From: Corallochytrium limacisporum Hawaii
Lineage: Eukaryota; Protista; Pluriformea
Assembly (NCBI GenBank): GCA_002811645.1
Contig: PDIP01000083.1
Coordinates: forward strand, 73,732 to 137,731
Direction of reading: 5' to 3'
DNA length: 64,000 nucleotides
Positions 1 through 10,551 of the stretch are shown piece by piece. Under the pieces are notes generated by a model. It did not search any database. It saw only the letters and a program-made list of their open reading frames with translations, and was not told where the DNA came from. Positions within the stretch are counted from its first letter, which is position 1. Each line of letters starts with the position of its first letter. Both the position numbers and the translations under genes were made by a program.

Positions 1-2044
1 CGCTCTCCCAAGCGACGGCAGAGCTAAATCAAAAAGAGTAGATTTGATACAATATTCCCAGACAGAGGGTGGTACAATTCATATAAATCGAAACAGCGGG
101 GGCGGGGCGCACAGAGCAAAAAGGAACGATGAAAAAATTGAAACTGTGCGAAAAAGAAAATGAAAGAAGGACAACGAGAAGATAAGCGAACAAAACCTAC
201 CACGCACGCTAGTGCCGTGCTTTGCATAGCCATCCCCCCACTCCTCTCTATAATTCTCGTCAGGCCACTCAGCATACTGAACTGGTGAGTTCTATTCTTT
301 TTACGCCTTGGCTCCCCCCCCCTCCTTTTTTGCCCGGAGTGCGCAGCAGCAGCGATTGGGTGGGTGGGTCGGTGGATAGCCACCCCTCCCCCCTTTCCTT
401 CTCTCCCCCTTCGCCTGCCTCCGTCTCTGGCGCGCCCGTGTAACCCACCACCGACCAACCAACCATTCCTCTCTGTGTTTTTTTTTCTATTTCTCTTATC
501 CAACCGATAGGCAGGTACTTGCCTATATTCATTTTGTCCACCTCCCTCCGCGGGGGGGGTCCCTGTTCATCCAATATTAACGGGCCGTTTCTACCTTCCC
601 CCTCTCCCCTCCCCCTCCCCTCCCCAAACCGGGAACCCAAAAAAAAGCTTTATAAAAAAAAAGAAAAGGAGAGAAAGGGAGAAAAGTAATTAAAAAAAAA
701 AGGGAAAAGGCGGTACTCTCTCCCCTTGGCCCGGAGGGTGAGGGTAGTAAGGAGGGCCGAACGCGGGGCGCCAGAGTGGGGGGGATGTGTGGCGTTTCTG
801 CCCCGGGCCCCCCCCCCCGGGGGAGAGGGGGCCTTTCAGAGAGCGCCCGTTTCTTCCACGATCGCGCCCGGGGAGGGGAAGGGATTCTGCGTATTCAATT
901 TTTGGTCTTCGGAGGTAACAGAGAGACAGGCTCCCCCGGAAGGGGGGGAGGTGGAGGTCCTTTCTGGCCGGGTCTTTTGGAAAGGGGACACTCACCGCAA
1001 GAAATATACACAAAAATAACAAAGAAAAAATAAGCGAGACCTTAAATGAAAGAGGGCAAGCGAGAGGACATGAATTGTTTTTTTTTTGAAAGAGTGCGCG
1101 GGTGGGGGCTTGTCCGTGCCATCCCCCCCCTCCCCCCTGCCCTGCTGCCAACACACAGAAACAAAAAAAGAAAGAAACCGCCGCCACACAGCAGAGCAAG
1201 TGCCGGGTGCGTGCGCGGGCGCTTGATTCATCGCTTTCACTTCGCCCCTTAATCCGCCGCTGGTCTCACCCCCAATCACCAAAAAAAAAAGAGAGAGAGA
1301 GAGAGAGAGAAAGAGTCCTTTTCATTTTTCTCCTCCTTTTTTATCGTTTTGGGCGCTGCTGCCCCGGTCGGTCCTCGCCCGTTCTCGCCTCCCTCTTTTT
1401 TTTTTATCTGGGCCCCCGGGGGGGGGGATTTTGGGCGTTCGTGGTCCCCTTTTTTATTGGCCTGAGGCCCCACCCCCTTCTCTTCTGAGTGCCCGCCCGA
1501 CCTTGGATCGGTAGGAGGGCTGCCTGGCTGTGTCGTCAACCGCGTCGAGCGGCTGGTGCGAAAAGTCCTGACGCACCAAGATATGTAGGTGAGGTTGACT
1601 TGGGCCTTTTTATTGTTTTATGGTTGCTTCTGCCAAGAAACCAATGGGAATGTGCTACGGCTTGGTTTTGAATGGTGTCATGATATCGAGTGCGGTCTGT
1701 GCTTCCCTTCATGCGCTTTGTGGCTACTTCAAGTCGGAGGACGGAAGTGAACAATTTCGCAGCATTTCGAGAGTGTACATCTACTCTTTTGTAAACACCA
1801 TACCAGGATAGTATGGTATAGTCGGCGAAGACACTGAAGAACCACTTTGTCTTTTGTCAATTAATCTTACCCTCGTTTGTGTTTCACTTTAACGAAGCAG
1901 GTAAAGAGTTTGTGTCCGGGTTTAGTGAAGTTGGGTAAGACTGCTGGTCAAGCTTACCCTCGATTTGGAAAGGACGGGTCTTTTCCATCATTTTGTTTTC
2001 ACGTTTCCTACTAGAGCATCGGAGAACAACCCCATTGTACAGGA

Positions 2045-3406
2045 ATGTCGTTGGCAAAGGAGAGCCCTACAGAATTAATATCCGCTAGTACAACTATGGA
2101 AGCCCCCAAAAAGTCCCTTACCTCAGCAACGTCACCGAGCGGCAGCAGCCGGTCTGCCAAGCACCCGCCCGAGACTGCGGAAGTCAAAGTGGCTGCTCCG
2201 TTTCCACCGTTGACCTACGGGCGTCTGGCTACGGGCGTTGCAATGATCCTCACCATGTACATTAGCACTTTCTTTGGTGTATTGATCATGGTCGTTCCCT
2301 GCATCCCCCTCATTTTCATTGACCAGCGCTGGTACCGCGCTGCAACAGACATGACTGCCCGCATGTGGCTTAGGTTCCCACCAGCGCTGATTGAATTGGT
2401 TGCGGGTACAAAGTATCATTTCTACGGAGACGAGGTACCGTACGGCGAATCAGTGATTAGCATTCCCAACCACCGGAACAGGCTGGACTGGCTCCTCGCC
2501 TGGTCCTGGGTCGCTCGGATCGGAGATATTGGTCACGAAAAGATTGCACTGAAAGCTGATTTGCGTCAAGTCCCCGGTCCAGGCTGGGCATGCCAGCTCT
2601 TTGGCTTCTTGTTTCTGGAACGGCGCTGGGAGAAGGATCAGGATCAGATTGCTCAGCTGCTCAGCTACTACTCCCAAAGTGACTACCCTTTGCACTTCTT
2701 CATCTTCCCAGAGGGTACGTGCATGGATCCAGTCACCTTGGCGCGCAGCAATCGGCATGCGGACACCATGGGACTGTCCAGGTACGAGTATGTCCTTCAC
2801 CCACGAACCACGGGCTTCGTGCATGGTTTACACTACCTTCGGGACAACATTGACGCAATCTACGACGTCACACTTGGGTACTGGCCCTTTATTCCTTGCA
2901 CAGAGAAGGACATTGGCATGGGCTACTACCCTGAAGAGGTTCACATCCACGTCAAACGTTACCCGATCGAGAAGGTACCGGAATCACCGACAGAACAGGC
3001 CGAATGGCTGAAGAGGATTTGGGCTGATAAGGAGGAGCGCCTGCGAAAGTTCTACCAGACGGGCAATTTCCTGGACGAAAAGGAAGTCACGCTGCCCGTG
3101 AAGGAAGATGCGTTCATGCGGACACAGTGGCTCAGTATTGCGTATTGGATTGGGCTGACCGTGGTCGGGATGTATCTGGCGTGGTGGTTCCCGTACTTCC
3201 GGTACTATCTCTACCTCGCCAGCGTCTTCCTGGAATTGATGTCCTTCTTCTGTCCGTGGGATTTGATGGAGCCGAAGATGTGGTTCGACTCGAACATGCA
3301 GGCCAAGAAGATCTTTGAACGCAGGAAGAACAGCTACCACAAGGCACACGACGGTAACTACCGAGGCACACCTGATTTCAGTATATCGCCGCGGAGTTCA
3401 CAGTGA
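2045..3406 (+). CDS. LCLAT1: Lysocardiolipin/lysophospholipid acyltransferase (AGPAT/LCLAT1 family)
   Basis: 453-aa intronless ORF; catalytic HX4D motif NHRNRLDW, FLFLERRW, FPEGT, VLHPRTTG and AIYDVT blocks; N- and C-terminal TM helices. Confidence 0.88.
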   Translation: MSLAKESPTELISASTTMEAPKKSLTSATSPSGSSRSAKHPPETAEVKVAAPFPPLTYGRLATGVAMILTMYISTFFGVLIMVVPCIPLIFIDQRWYRAATDMTARMWLRFPPALIELVAGTKYHFYGDEVPYGESVISIPNHRNRLDWLLAWSWVARIGDIGHEKIALKADLRQVPGPGWACQLFGFLFLERRWEKDQDQIAQLLSYYSQSDYPLHFFIFPEGTCMDPVTLARSNRHADTMGLSRYEYVLHPRTTGFVHGLHYLRDNIDAIYDVTLGYWPFIPCTEKDIGMGYYPEEVHIHVKRYPIEKVPESPTEQAEWLKRIWADKEERLRKFYQTGNFLDEKEVTLPVKEDAFMRTQWLSIAYWIGLTVVGMYLAWWFPYFRYYLYLASVFLELMSFFCPWDLMEPKMWFDSNMQAKKIFERRKNSYHKAHDGNYRGTPDFSISPRSSQ

Positions 3407-3718
3407 ATTCCAAACACTTGCAACAAAAACCAAAATAGCCATTCCCTATCCATCGTAGCAACACTCCCGTGTAGCCCATGCAGTAAATCTATCTTTTTCG
3501 TAATTGTAGTATACCGCGCTTGAAATTCAAACATGATATGTCCTTTTTCTTGATGTCCAATCTCGTTGTGTGCTTCGAACGCATCTTTGTGAGCTGAAAT
3601 GTTCTTCGCTATAACTATACAAACAAATTTCTATTTGACGTTTACATTATTGGTGCAAGATTATGATATGTGATCATGATGTTTGTTTGGTTTGGTGGAT
3701 TGCTAATTCGGTCACCCT

Positions 3719-5881
3719 TTAACTAGTCTTCGATGGAGTGTGGGGCTGGTTAAGATCGATTCCCTCAAATTCATCGTAGCCCAGAGCAAGGTTCATGTTC
3801 TGAATGCACTGCGTGGCAGCACCCTTCAGCAGGTTGTCGATGGTCGCGACCAGGACAGCGCGCTTCTCGTCCGGCTTGGCGGTGAAGCCACCGACCACAA
3901 CGTAGTGCTTCTCCGCATTGTCGCGCACGACAGGCATGTCGGGCATGACCTTGATCAGGGGCTCGCCCTGGTAGTGCTCCTGGAACTTCTTGGCGAGTTC
4001 CTCAGCCTTCAGGCTCTCCTTCAGACTCACTTGTACGGTCAGGCTAATACCCTGGAACCATTGAGCAACGTGGGGGCTGAAGCGCAGGGGTAGGTCCAAC
4101 TGACGGCTCACCTCACGCTCGTGGATGTGGTTGAGTAGAGTGTACGGCACGATGTTGTCAGAGAGGAAGGAAGGATCATTCTTGGGGCTCGGGTTGGTGC
4201 CAGCGCCGGAGTATCCAGAGACACCAAAGACATGCGCGGGACCAGCCAAAACGTCCTTCAGGGGCCAGAGGGCGACTTGCATGCCTGTGGCATAGCAGCC
4301 TGGATTGGAGATGCGGCGGGCCGTCTTAAGCTGTTCGCGGAAGCGCTCAGGGAATCCGTAGGTCCATTCGTCCGTGAAGCGGTAGTCGGCACTGAGGTCA
4401 ATCATCAGACGTTCGGGCCCGGGCAGCTTGCCGATGGACTGCACGAAGGGCTCGGCGAGACCATTGGGCAGGGCCAAAACCCACGCATCGACCTGCTCCC
4501 ACTCGCCAATCTGATCGGTACCAATGTTCACATAGGCTTTCTCGCTGTCCTTAAAGTCCGGAAGGGTCTCGGTAATCTTCATACCCTCGTACTGGCGGCT
4601 TGACACACACTCAATCTCCATATTCGGATGGTTGTTGATGATGTTCATGACTTCTCGGCCGACGTAACCGCGGGCACCGATGATACCGACCTTAGTAGGC
4701 TTGTTACCAGTGCTGTAGGCACGGGTCTGCTGCACACCGCCGAGACCGCTGTTCACGTTGGTGAAGGAAGAGGTGGTTGACTGCTGCTTGGGATGAGCAG
4801 AAGACTTGATCTCACCGCTGCGGTACAGGACGGTCGAGTCGAGGCAGCTGTTGGTCAGGATCTGGTCCAGGTGTGGGGTGGAGGTGATAGTAACGCAGCT
4901 GTCGGCAGGCAGGGAGGAGAGAATGTCCCGAATTTCCCTGATCTTCACCATGGTTCCGTCCGTGGAGGGGAGTTCCTTCATGAGCCTGTCGTAGTCCGCG
5001 ACCACGTCGATGGCTTCAAGCTTTGTCTTGCTCACAGGATGATTGAGGCCGCCGAAGGTGTTCAGGTAAACCACGTTCCAAGGCTGCATCACCTTAGCCA
5101 ACTGTGCAGCACTGGTATCAGCATTGATGTTCAGTTTGTCCACATCGCCTCCGGTGGCAGACTTGTCCGTCAGGTTCTCTCCCATGCAGCTAACGATCGG
5201 CACATGGCCGGCCTGGATGGCGTCCTCGATGGCTTTGGTGTTCACGCCCGTGACTTCACCAACATAGTTGTAGCGATCAAAGTTTTTCAGCTTCGCGTTG
5301 AAGGTGCCTGAGGTGATACTAACTGCAGGCAGACCTGCAGCCTTGAATCCGTCCACGATCTTCTTGTTCTCACCGGCAAAGACTTTCTCCGCAATCGTGA
5401 GGGTCTGCTTGTCCGTCTTGCGGATGGCGTCTACGTAGACGGGCTCAATGTTCTTTTTCTTCAGAGTCCGGTTCAGCTGTGGGCCGCCGCCGTGCAAGAT
5501 CACAGGGTGTGCACCCACACCGAGCATCAAATCCACTGCCTTGACAAGTTCATCCATCTGCTCCTCAATAACAGCGCCGCCAATCTTTACGAGCGCAAGC
5601 TGCTTGTGCTGGTCCGACGACTTGTCGAAGTGGTTCACAAAGAAATCCACATGGCTACGATCGCGGACATTCTTCATGAGCTTGAGTGCCTGCTCCTTGT
5701 TCAGGGTCTTCTTGTCGGCAGCTTCGAACAGGGGACGGGCGGTCATAATGCCCCGCACTGCCATCGCCGCTCCGGCCTGGGTGAAGATTGCATGGTTAGC
5801 CAGTGATCCTTTGGCTGTGCCCACAGGCCTTGCCACCAGGCGCTGAGCCAGTAGTGCAAGTGGTCGCACCTGGCTGACCAT
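3719..5881 (-). CDS. ARG5,6: Mitochondrial polyprotein: N-acetylglutamate kinase + N-acetylglutamyl-phosphate reductase
   Basis: Arg/Ala-rich presequence; kinase motifs VKIGG, LHGGGPQ, NINAD; ArgC motifs GARGYVG, DLSADYRF, SNPGCYAT, SGYSGAG, IDNLLKGAATQ. Confidence 0.95.
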   Translation of the reverse strand: MVSQVRPLALLAQRLVARPVGTAKGSLANHAIFTQAGAAMAVRGIMTARPLFEAADKKTLNKEQALKLMKNVRDRSHVDFFVNHFDKSSDQHKQLALVKIGGAVIEEQMDELVKAVDLMLGVGAHPVILHGGGPQLNRTLKKKNIEPVYVDAIRKTDKQTLTIAEKVFAGENKKIVDGFKAAGLPAVSITSGTFNAKLKNFDRYNYVGEVTGVNTKAIEDAIQAGHVPIVSCMGENLTDKSATGGDVDKLNINADTSAAQLAKVMQPWNVVYLNTFGGLNHPVSKTKLEAIDVVADYDRLMKELPSTDGTMVKIREIRDILSSLPADSCVTITSTPHLDQILTNSCLDSTVLYRSGEIKSSAHPKQQSTTSSFTNVNSGLGGVQQTRAYSTGNKPTKVGIIGARGYVGREVMNIINNHPNMEIECVSSRQYEGMKITETLPDFKDSEKAYVNIGTDQIGEWEQVDAWVLALPNGLAEPFVQSIGKLPGPERLMIDLSADYRFTDEWTYGFPERFREQLKTARRISNPGCYATGMQVALWPLKDVLAGPAHVFGVSGYSGAGTNPSPKNDPSFLSDNIVPYTLLNHIHEREVSRQLDLPLRFSPHVAQWFQGISLTVQVSLKESLKAEELAKKFQEHYQGEPLIKVMPDMPVVRDNAEKHYVVVGGFTAKPDEKRAVLVATIDNLLKGAATQCIQNMNLALGYDEFEGIDLNQPHTPSKTS

Positions 5882-7347
5882 TGTGTTTTCGATACTAAAT
5901 CAGAAGATAAGACTGATCCAAAACTGCACCATACACACGGGGGTGTTTGATCTACGAGTGCTAGATCTGTTGTGGCATCCAATACCCACCCCTTTTTGTT
6001 CCTAAGTACCTCTGTGGTGAGGTGCAGAGCGAATCCTCACACACACACATGAACAAGCAAGAAGCAAAGCAGACAATCGAAACCATGTACCCACACGCAC
6101 GGCATTGGTGCCGCCGATGATGATGATGATACCGACCACCCTCGGTATGACACAAAGATTGGGGAGATCTCGCCGGCATTCAAGCAAACAGTCGCGCACT
6201 GGTGAACCAGCCAGTGCGTACAAAACTTCCCTTCAATTCTGCCCGCACAACACGAACTGCTATTTTTTTTTCCCTCCTTGTGCCCCTTCCTCCTCCCCCA
6301 GTTGTGATCGCAGATCAAACTCCACCGCCGTACTTTCGCTATCGGAAAACCGCATTCCTGAGGGTCGGTGTCCCGGGCCACCACGAGTGGCCGTTTGGGA
6401 CTTTTCCCACTGGCGAATTTACAACCAAAAAAAAAAAGAAAAAAAATGGCCGAGTAAAACAAACGAGACAAAAAAATGATCTGGGATCAGAAGGGTCAGC
6501 AGCCCGACTCCATAGTGAATGAACCGCAAGGGAGGTGGTGCGGGCGAGTTTGCTTGCGGCGCAACAACAGGGAAACTTGGGTGAGGCGGCGGGTGTGCGC
6601 GTGATTAAGTTAAAAGGCGAGGGGTGGGGGGAAGCCTCAGCGGGAGTGACCGACCCACCCACCCAAAGCCACTTTTGCTGGGTTCGGCTTTGTGTTGGCC
6701 ATGGATTGACCAGTCCGTATATTATAACAACTATCCGGCAGATGTACGTAGTGAATGTACCGAAATGCTCCCGCGGTGCCCGGTGAGACCGCTCTTTAGT
6801 AGCTGATAACCTATTTATGTTGAAATTACAGCCAAACAATTACAACTCTAATATGGACTCCGGGTTCTTCGCAGCGTTTTAATAAGGTTTTCAGTTAATG
6901 TTACTTGGCGACTTAGCGCCCTGCGATGTTGGGAGGCGCTCCGGCCCAAACGTAGGCAAGGGCCCTTCGCTCTGGCCTGTTTTCGCTTAAGGTCCCTTGA
7001 CTACCCAATCCGCGAGAAGACTGGGCTCAGTACATTTACCACTGAACCTTGCACAAGAAGGGCTTATTTGGCAGGGAGAGACCACGGGATAGGGGGAAGC
7101 GGGGGAAGATACGGAGGGTGCTAGGGTGCGATCCGGGCTCTCGTCCGTCTTTCTTAAGTACTGAAAATGGCCCAGACTTATTTCGATCGGTGTTCACCTG
7201 TGGGCAAGTTTCAATTTTCCCCGCCGGTGTTCCTCGGTTCCCCAGGGTTGGGGTTGGGTTGGTGGCGCTGAACGGTCCAGGGCGAAGGAGGCCGGGGTGG
7301 GGGGGAGAATGGAAGGGAGGGGGNNNNNNNNNNNNNNNNNNNNNNNN

Positions 7348-7438
7348 GCCCTTGCATTAATACTGAAAATTGGGCCGGGAGACCGAACGGGAAGAAAAAA
7401 AGTGTACAAGGCTTCCAAAGCTCCGGTGTGGTCTTGGG
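7348..7438 (+). repeat. Intergenic direct repeat, copy 1 (91 identical bp)
   Basis: gcccttgcattaatactgaaaattgggcc...gtgtggtcttggg is identical to 16441-16531; abuts the N gap at 7324-7347. Confidence 0.85.
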
Positions 7439-7605
7439 GGGAGGGAGGGGACGGACTGTGGGTTTTCTTGTAACGGCGCCGCCAAGTTTTCCCGTTGATA
7501 TTCTCTTCCCTTCTTTTTTGGCCTGAACTGGCTCGGTTTGGGGGGGGGTCTGCTGGGGTGCCACCGGAGCGGGCGCCCGCGGGGCCTAGGGACAGGGAGT
7601 GCCCC

Positions 7606-7670
7606 CGGGGGGGGGGGGGGCCGGGGGGGGGGGGGGGGGGGGGTTTGGTCGGTGGGTTTGGGCCTTAGGG
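7606..7670 (+). repeat. Poly-G tract with G-quadruplex potential
   Basis: Two G runs of ~14 and ~21 nt followed by further GGG runs. Confidence 0.6.
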
Positions 7671-8529
7671 GCTGGTCTCGCGTCCCTTCGGCCTCGGTCT
7701 CTCGGTCTCAAAATGCCGGCCCGGGACAAACAGTCTCCCCTCCCGCAACACACACCACCGCCCCCCCCCTCCCCCTCCCCTCCTTCGCAGTCCTCCGCTT
7801 CGAACCTACGCCCCTCTGCGGGGCCTGTGCAGGCTCGGTGTCTCCTCCCCGGGCGACTGTGCGCTTGGCAAAATTGGGCGGGAAGGGTTCAAAGTAGCGG
7901 GATGCCACCGCGCAACGCAAGCTTGTGCCTCTGCAGAATCGAACCCAAGGATCCGTGGGCCGCTGAGACTTTCGAAGTTGGTGGTTCGTGAGCAGAAAAG
8001 CTCGGGATGGCTCTGTCTGTTGCCATGAGCGATGTGAAGTAGTGCCTTGCGCGCGAGAGTTAGAAGTGGAGAGTTGTTTTTGTGCTAGTGTCTCATGAAA
8101 TGTTGAGACCGTTGAAATAATTCGTCATTTTTTTCACCGCCCCATATGGTCGTCGTTATGCGGCAATATAACATATCCTGGTCACATGTAAAGTTGACTC
8201 TATAAAGGTAGATCAGGCGTACCACTTAGCACAGTATGAAGTCCGTCGATAGACTTTACGTACACGTTCAGTGAATGCAATTACATGCGAAGTACCATAA
8301 GGAGATCGAGTCTGCGGTAGAGAAAGAGTTCGATATAGGAGAGTGAGACTTGAATCCTTGGTACACATACTCAGTTTGTTCCATTTTGAATTACAGTAAG
8401 CAAAGCGCACAAAACCTTTTGGGGACGCAGATTGCAGGACGATCGTTTCTCCGTTTTACGAACTTGCCAACAAACAGAAACAGCTACCGTTACGACTTTG
8501 TGAACCCACCGTGGACGCATCAAGAAGAT

Positions 8530-10290
8530 ATGAGCGCGACGATGACCCGCAATCCCTTTGCTCAGGAGGAGGAAGAATTTGAGCCTCTCACGGACATGTC
8601 GAGCAACAAGAGTTCCACAGCCTCAAAGAAGAGCAGCGAGGCACCGATTATCGTCGATGACCAGGAGCCAGAAACAGAATCACAGCTCGCCAACCAGTTG
8701 ACTGAGGTGGTCATTACTGCGCCTGACGGCACGGAGCGGAAATCAAGCTTGCAGGACGCTCTGGAACGCAACACAATTCGCAGGGCTTTGGTTAAAAACA
8801 CCGAAGTAAATTGCGTTACAACACAGATCTACTTCTTTGATTACTACTGGGATCTGCTGTCGTATATTGCGCACCGTCGGGAGCGTACGGACCAGATCAA
8901 GAAGTCGCTGGACGAAGCTGTCAATGCCGGTACCATTGATGAAGCCGAAATGGAGAAGCAGTGGAAACGGTACTTGGGAAAGGAACGGACGCTTCTGCGC
9001 CAGAGGAGGACACGATTGAGTCTCAGAGACTACAATCTCCTCGCCCAGGTAGGTGCGGGCGCTTTCGGTCAGGTCTTCTTGGCCCGGCGCAAGACTGGCC
9101 CCAACCAAGAAGTGTGTGCCTTAAAGCGCATGGTCAAATCCTCCCTTCTCAAGGATGAGCATGTTCATCACATCAAGAACGAGCGCAATGTGCTGCGTCT
9201 GGCTACAAGCGAGTGGCTGGTAAGTCTCCTGGAGGCATTCCAGGATGAGCACCATGTCTACCTGGTTATGGAATACGTTCCCGGTGGTGACATGCGTTCG
9301 CTACTGACGAAGTCTGGTATTCTACACGAGCCTAATGCTCGCTTCTATTTTGTGGAAATGCTACTTTCTGTTCACACTCTGCACAATCTTGGATATATTC
9401 ACCGTGACCTGAAACCTGAAAACTTCCTTATTGGGCGTGATGGTCACCTGAAGCTCACAGACTTTGGCCTCGCCAAGGGCCATCTGAGCGATGAAACCCT
9501 GAGCCGCTGGGGCGAGAAGCTTGAGCAAGCCAAAGAATTGAAGCCCGTCAAGTACCCAAGCACAAAACGCCGCGATATTTATCGCAGCATTCGTGGGGCC
9601 GACCGGCAACGGTGCTACACAGCCGTTGGTACAGCGGACTACATGGCCCCCGAGGTGCTCCGTCGTGACGGCTACGATCTCAGGGCCGACTACTGGAGCC
9701 TCGGTTGTATTCTCTTTGAATTTGTGGCTGGCTACCCGCCATTTGCCGGCAAGACCAATGAAGAGACATGGACGAATGTGATTCACTGGCACGACGTTCT
9801 GGAGCGCCCATCGTACGATGGGGAGGATGAGGAATTCAACCTCAGCGACGAAGTCTGGGAGGCTATCAACACACTCATTAACGATCCTGCAGAGCGCATG
9901 CAGTCCCCAGCTAGGTTGCAGAGCCAGCCGTTCTTTGCTCCTCTGGACTTTGGTCGCGTGCGGGAGCTGAAGCCACCGTTCGTACCGGCTTTGAGCGACG
10001 ACACCGACGCTAGCTACTTTGACGAATTTGACAATGTCGATTTGGAGGCCATCATGAACGCCGAGGCTGGCAAGCGAGTTGGTGGCGAGGACGAAGATGA
10101 TGAAGAGTTGTCGGAAGAGGAGAGGAGGAACCGTCGCAGGAAAGAGTCACCGCTACCGCGTGCGGTCTTCAACGGATGGACCTTCAAGCGGTCCGCACCT
10201 GTTGTTGCCGGCACAGGTAGCGGCACCATCGGCCGCAGTTCACAGTTCCCGCCACAGTTTTTGCAGGACGAGCAACTTGACGATGTGTGA
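8530..10290 (+). CDS. DBF2: NDR-family Ser/Thr kinase, Dbf2/Sid2 type
   Basis: Mob-binding N-terminal region QIYFFDYYWDLLSYI...ERTLLRQRRTRL; GAGAFG, HRDLKPEN, DFG, long insert before the activation loop, DYMAPE; hydrophobic motif FNGWTF. Start moved to the first ATG (track ORF starts at TTG 8350). Confidence 0.88.
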   Translation: MSATMTRNPFAQEEEEFEPLTDMSSNKSSTASKKSSEAPIIVDDQEPETESQLANQLTEVVITAPDGTERKSSLQDALERNTIRRALVKNTEVNCVTTQIYFFDYYWDLLSYIAHRRERTDQIKKSLDEAVNAGTIDEAEMEKQWKRYLGKERTLLRQRRTRLSLRDYNLLAQVGAGAFGQVFLARRKTGPNQEVCALKRMVKSSLLKDEHVHHIKNERNVLRLATSEWLVSLLEAFQDEHHVYLVMEYVPGGDMRSLLTKSGILHEPNARFYFVEMLLSVHTLHNLGYIHRDLKPENFLIGRDGHLKLTDFGLAKGHLSDETLSRWGEKLEQAKELKPVKYPSTKRRDIYRSIRGADRQRCYTAVGTADYMAPEVLRRDGYDLRADYWSLGCILFEFVAGYPPFAGKTNEETWTNVIHWHDVLERPSYDGEDEEFNLSDEVWEAINTLINDPAERMQSPARLQSQPFFAPLDFGRVRELKPPFVPALSDDTDASYFDEFDNVDLEAIMNAEAGKRVGGEDEDDEELSEEERRNRRRKESPLPRAVFNGWTFKRSAPVVAGTGSGTIGRSSQFPPQFLQDEQLDDV

Positions 10291-10551
10291 GCCGATTTCC
10301 AAAGAACGCTTCTTCTTCTGCGAGTCAATTGATCACGGGTCTCGTCGTCTGCTTCGCAGGACTTGCTTTGTACCACTCTCATCACACTAAGCCTTGTAAC
10401 AACAAAATGTTTCGATAGAATAAAAAAATATGTAAAGGACACAAGCAATGTAATGATTTCGTTTGTCCAGCTGCTGCTGGGGCGGATGGATGATGGTCAC
10501 GTTCTTTGATACTGAAAAGAGTAGAGATATATGTATGGGGCTCTGCTCCAT

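Noticed and set aside
24-1700. Many 60-170 aa ORFs here and in other homopolymer islands
   Set aside because: Low-complexity translations (poly-G/P/K/F), mostly with non-ATG starts
5895-5980. Short upstream ORFs (MPQQI, MVQFWISLIF) before ARG5,6
   Set aside because: No resemblance to the arginine attenuator peptide (which belongs to CPA1/arg-2), and the TSS is unknown
8350-8529. N-terminal extensions from TTG/GTG starts in the ORF track (also 13886, 37413, 45105, 47240)
   Set aside because: Eukaryotic genes; downstream ATGs give plausible starts, mostly with a purine at -3 and coinciding with the start of homology
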